Assembly: GCA_051294375.1 (NCBI GenBank)
Contig: JBJCIZ010001032.1
Coordinates: 1-23,742, forward strand
Source of the DNA: Paraspadella gotoi
Taxonomy: Eukaryota > Animalia > Chaetognatha
Length of the DNA: 23,742 nucleotides
Direction: 5' to 3'
The notes below the pieces were generated by a model. The model made no database searches. It was not told where the DNA came from and worked only from the letters and a program-made list of their open reading frames with translations. Shown here piece by piece: positions 22,053 to 23,742 of the stretch. Numbering within the stretch: the first letter of the stretch is position 1; each line of letters begins with the position of its first letter. The position numbers and the translations under genes were made by a program.

Positions 22053-22117
22053 ATCTCTGTGGTTTCTTTTTTCCCTGCACACACAATCCTTTCACCCCCA
22101 CACACACAAACCCACAG

Positions 22118-22349
22118 TCCCCGAATCCTCGATCCACAAACTCGTCGCGCACGGAATCGAGGACGAAATCAACTTCGCCCGACAAAATCCATGATCGAAG
22201 ACTCAGACGAGGAAAGGGGAAGAGGATCGAGTCGGAGGCGGCTCTGCGGCGTCGGGCGGCGGCGGAGGCGCGAGGCGAAGAAGGCCAAGGCGAAGAGAGA
22301 GGCGGCTGCGGCGTGGCGGAGGCGGAGAGGCGGAAGGCGGCGGTGGATG
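22118..22349 (+). other. Possible host exon (GC-rich, charged low-complexity peptide)
   Basis: Pyrimidine-rich tract and CCCACAG acceptor before; ATG|GTGAGT donor after; GC-rich island in an AT-rich context. Product not identifiable. Confidence 0.3.
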
Positions 22350-22371
22350 GTGAGTTTCATTTCCATTTGAT

Positions 22372-22713
22372 ATTGACTTGACTTGACTTACTTGACATTG
22401 AACTTGAACTTGACTTGACTTGACTTGACTTACCTTGACTTGACTTGACTTACTCTGACTGACTTGACTTGATTTGACTGAATTTGATTTGACTTGATTT
22501 TGATTTTGAATTTGACTTGATTTGATTTTGATTTGGATTTGATTTGATTGATTTGATTGATTTTCATTTGAATTTCATGTTGATTCATTTGATTTCAATT
22601 TGATTTCATTTGATTTCATTTGATTTATTTGATTTCATTTGAATTGATTTCATTTGATTTCATTTGATTTCATTTTGATTTCATTTGATTTCATTTGATT
22701 TCATTGATTTCAT
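22372..22713. repeat. Compound pentanucleotide satellite (CTTGA)n to (TTTGA)n to (ATTTCATTTG)n
   Basis: Directly visible. Confidence 0.92.
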
Positions 22714-22983
22714 TTTTTTATACATCCATTCACCAGAGTGATTGATTGAATTAGATGCTAAAACGTGCTACAAATTCTAAAAATTTAAATCAAATATTTT
22801 TGCCTTGGTTGTTTGGTTTAACGGTCAGAATTTAGCTAACGACTATTTCAGCGCAAAAACTTATTAATCATTTTATTACTGATTACCGTGCAGATTATTG
22901 GTACATGTGGAGAGTTACAAATAAAACGTCAGAGCAGAAGTAAATTTAGTATACATTGCATTGTGATAACCTGATACGCATGC

Positions 22984-23263
22984 ATTAAGTAAGTAGAACA
23001 GAGTTTCAACATGAAACAAAAGTGGATTTTATTCTAAGAAATATTTACAAGCGAAGAAACGGTGTGAGACAGAATGAAAACAATACAAAAACGTTTCCTA
23101 TTTATACAGGGCAACCGGATCAACGACGTGGGCTCCTTTCCGATGGCATGAAGCCCTTCTTCTCATTGGTCCGATTCCGATGGTGATTCATCCAATCATC
23201 GAGTCCTTGGTTGAAATCACTCGCGTCGCCGATCCGATTTGGTTTCGATTCCGTTCCTTCGAT
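22984..23263 (-). repeat. 3' LTR of Gypsy copy 2
   Basis: Reverse complement of 2404-2685, differing almost only by short indels. Confidence 0.9.
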
Positions 23264-23700
23264 GCGTCCCCCCCTCCTCAGACGACGGCGGACGTGGTCA
23301 GTCGGTAGCCGGAGTGGCGAGGGGATAGGTACAAAGATTCTGCTTTGGGCCTGTTCCCAGGTAATTGTTGGTGCATTTGCTGGACTTGGTGCTGCTCTAA
23401 GATTTCCGAGCGGGCAGCAGCAGCAGCATATCAGCAGTATTATTGTAATAAGGCTGGCGGCGGCGCGATGAAAGGTATAATGTTCGCCACGTCCGTTAGC
23501 CAATCCCATTTTGGTAACTCTCCAAAGATCTTTCTCATCGTTGCGTGGGGAGTTCCTCTTACGATCTCGCCGATGTGTTCCCTGAAGCTTTGTTGTTTCT
23601 CTGCGTATTGCTCATGATGTTTGAGGAATTCTCCTATTTGCATATAAAGTTCATCTTCGGTGGAGGTGAGGTCGTGTTCTTCTGGGAGTTTGCTGTTATT
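23120..23700 (-). CDS. env: env C-terminal fragment with transmembrane segment and Cys-string tail (frameshift ~23460)
   Basis: ...ELPKWDWLTDVANIIPFIA / ASLITIILLICCCCCPLG... from ORFs 23440-23643 and 23120-23509, positioned just before PPT and LTR. Confidence 0.72.
23267..23279 (-). promoter_or_regulatory. Polypurine tract
   Basis: GAGGAGGGGGGGA on -, ending 3 nt before the shared LTR start. Confidence 0.85.
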
Positions 23701-23742
23701 CTTTTATATTCGATTGTTGTTCACCTTTTGTTGTTTGGTACT

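Larger units (their letters stand above)
22984..23742 (-). mobile_element. 3' end of Gypsy copy 2 (env C-terminus, PPT, 3' LTR), running off the window edge
   Basis: Inverted LTR preceded on - by a polypurine tract and by a hydrophobic segment plus Cys-rich coding sequence. Confidence 0.88.

Noticed and set aside
2404-23263. One 21-kb element with inverted terminal repeats (DIRS-like or DNA transposon)
   Set aside because: The left repeat is followed by a PBS and the right one is preceded on - by a PPT and env tail, and pol has a DDE integrase rather than a tyrosine recombinase. They are LTRs of oppositely oriented copies.

Overview
AT-rich eukaryotic (probably invertebrate) genomic DNA made mostly of nested transposable elements. 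The assembly looks indel-prone: two copies of one LTR differ essentially only by short indels. The main element is a Ty3/Gypsy (Metaviridae-type) LTR retrotransposon on + (2404-~16847). It has a ~280-bp LTR, a tRNA-Leu-like PBS, a frameshifted gag-like region, and pol in the order PR-RT-RNaseH-integrase. Its third ORF is an env whose cysteine pattern resembles chuvirus-like (class III fusion) glycoproteins rather than the baculovirus-F-type env of errantiviruses. Between RNase H and integrase is an extra ~125-aa segment that looks like an OTU cysteine-protease (deubiquitinase) fold, possibly catalytically altered. A 5-kb non-autonomous foldback element with ~1.18-kb inverted arms interrupts the integrase C-terminus. 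It contains a 5'-truncated CRE-like non-LTR retrotransposon fragment and, in its right arm only, a Helentron-type HINE/DINE-1-like insertion. The 3' end of a second copy of the Gypsy family (env transmembrane segment, PPT, 3' LTR) enters from the right edge on the - strand. The interval 16850-22980 holds microsatellites and a few weakly supported decayed coding or SINE-like segments. All domain calls are by-eye motif recognition; no searches were run.
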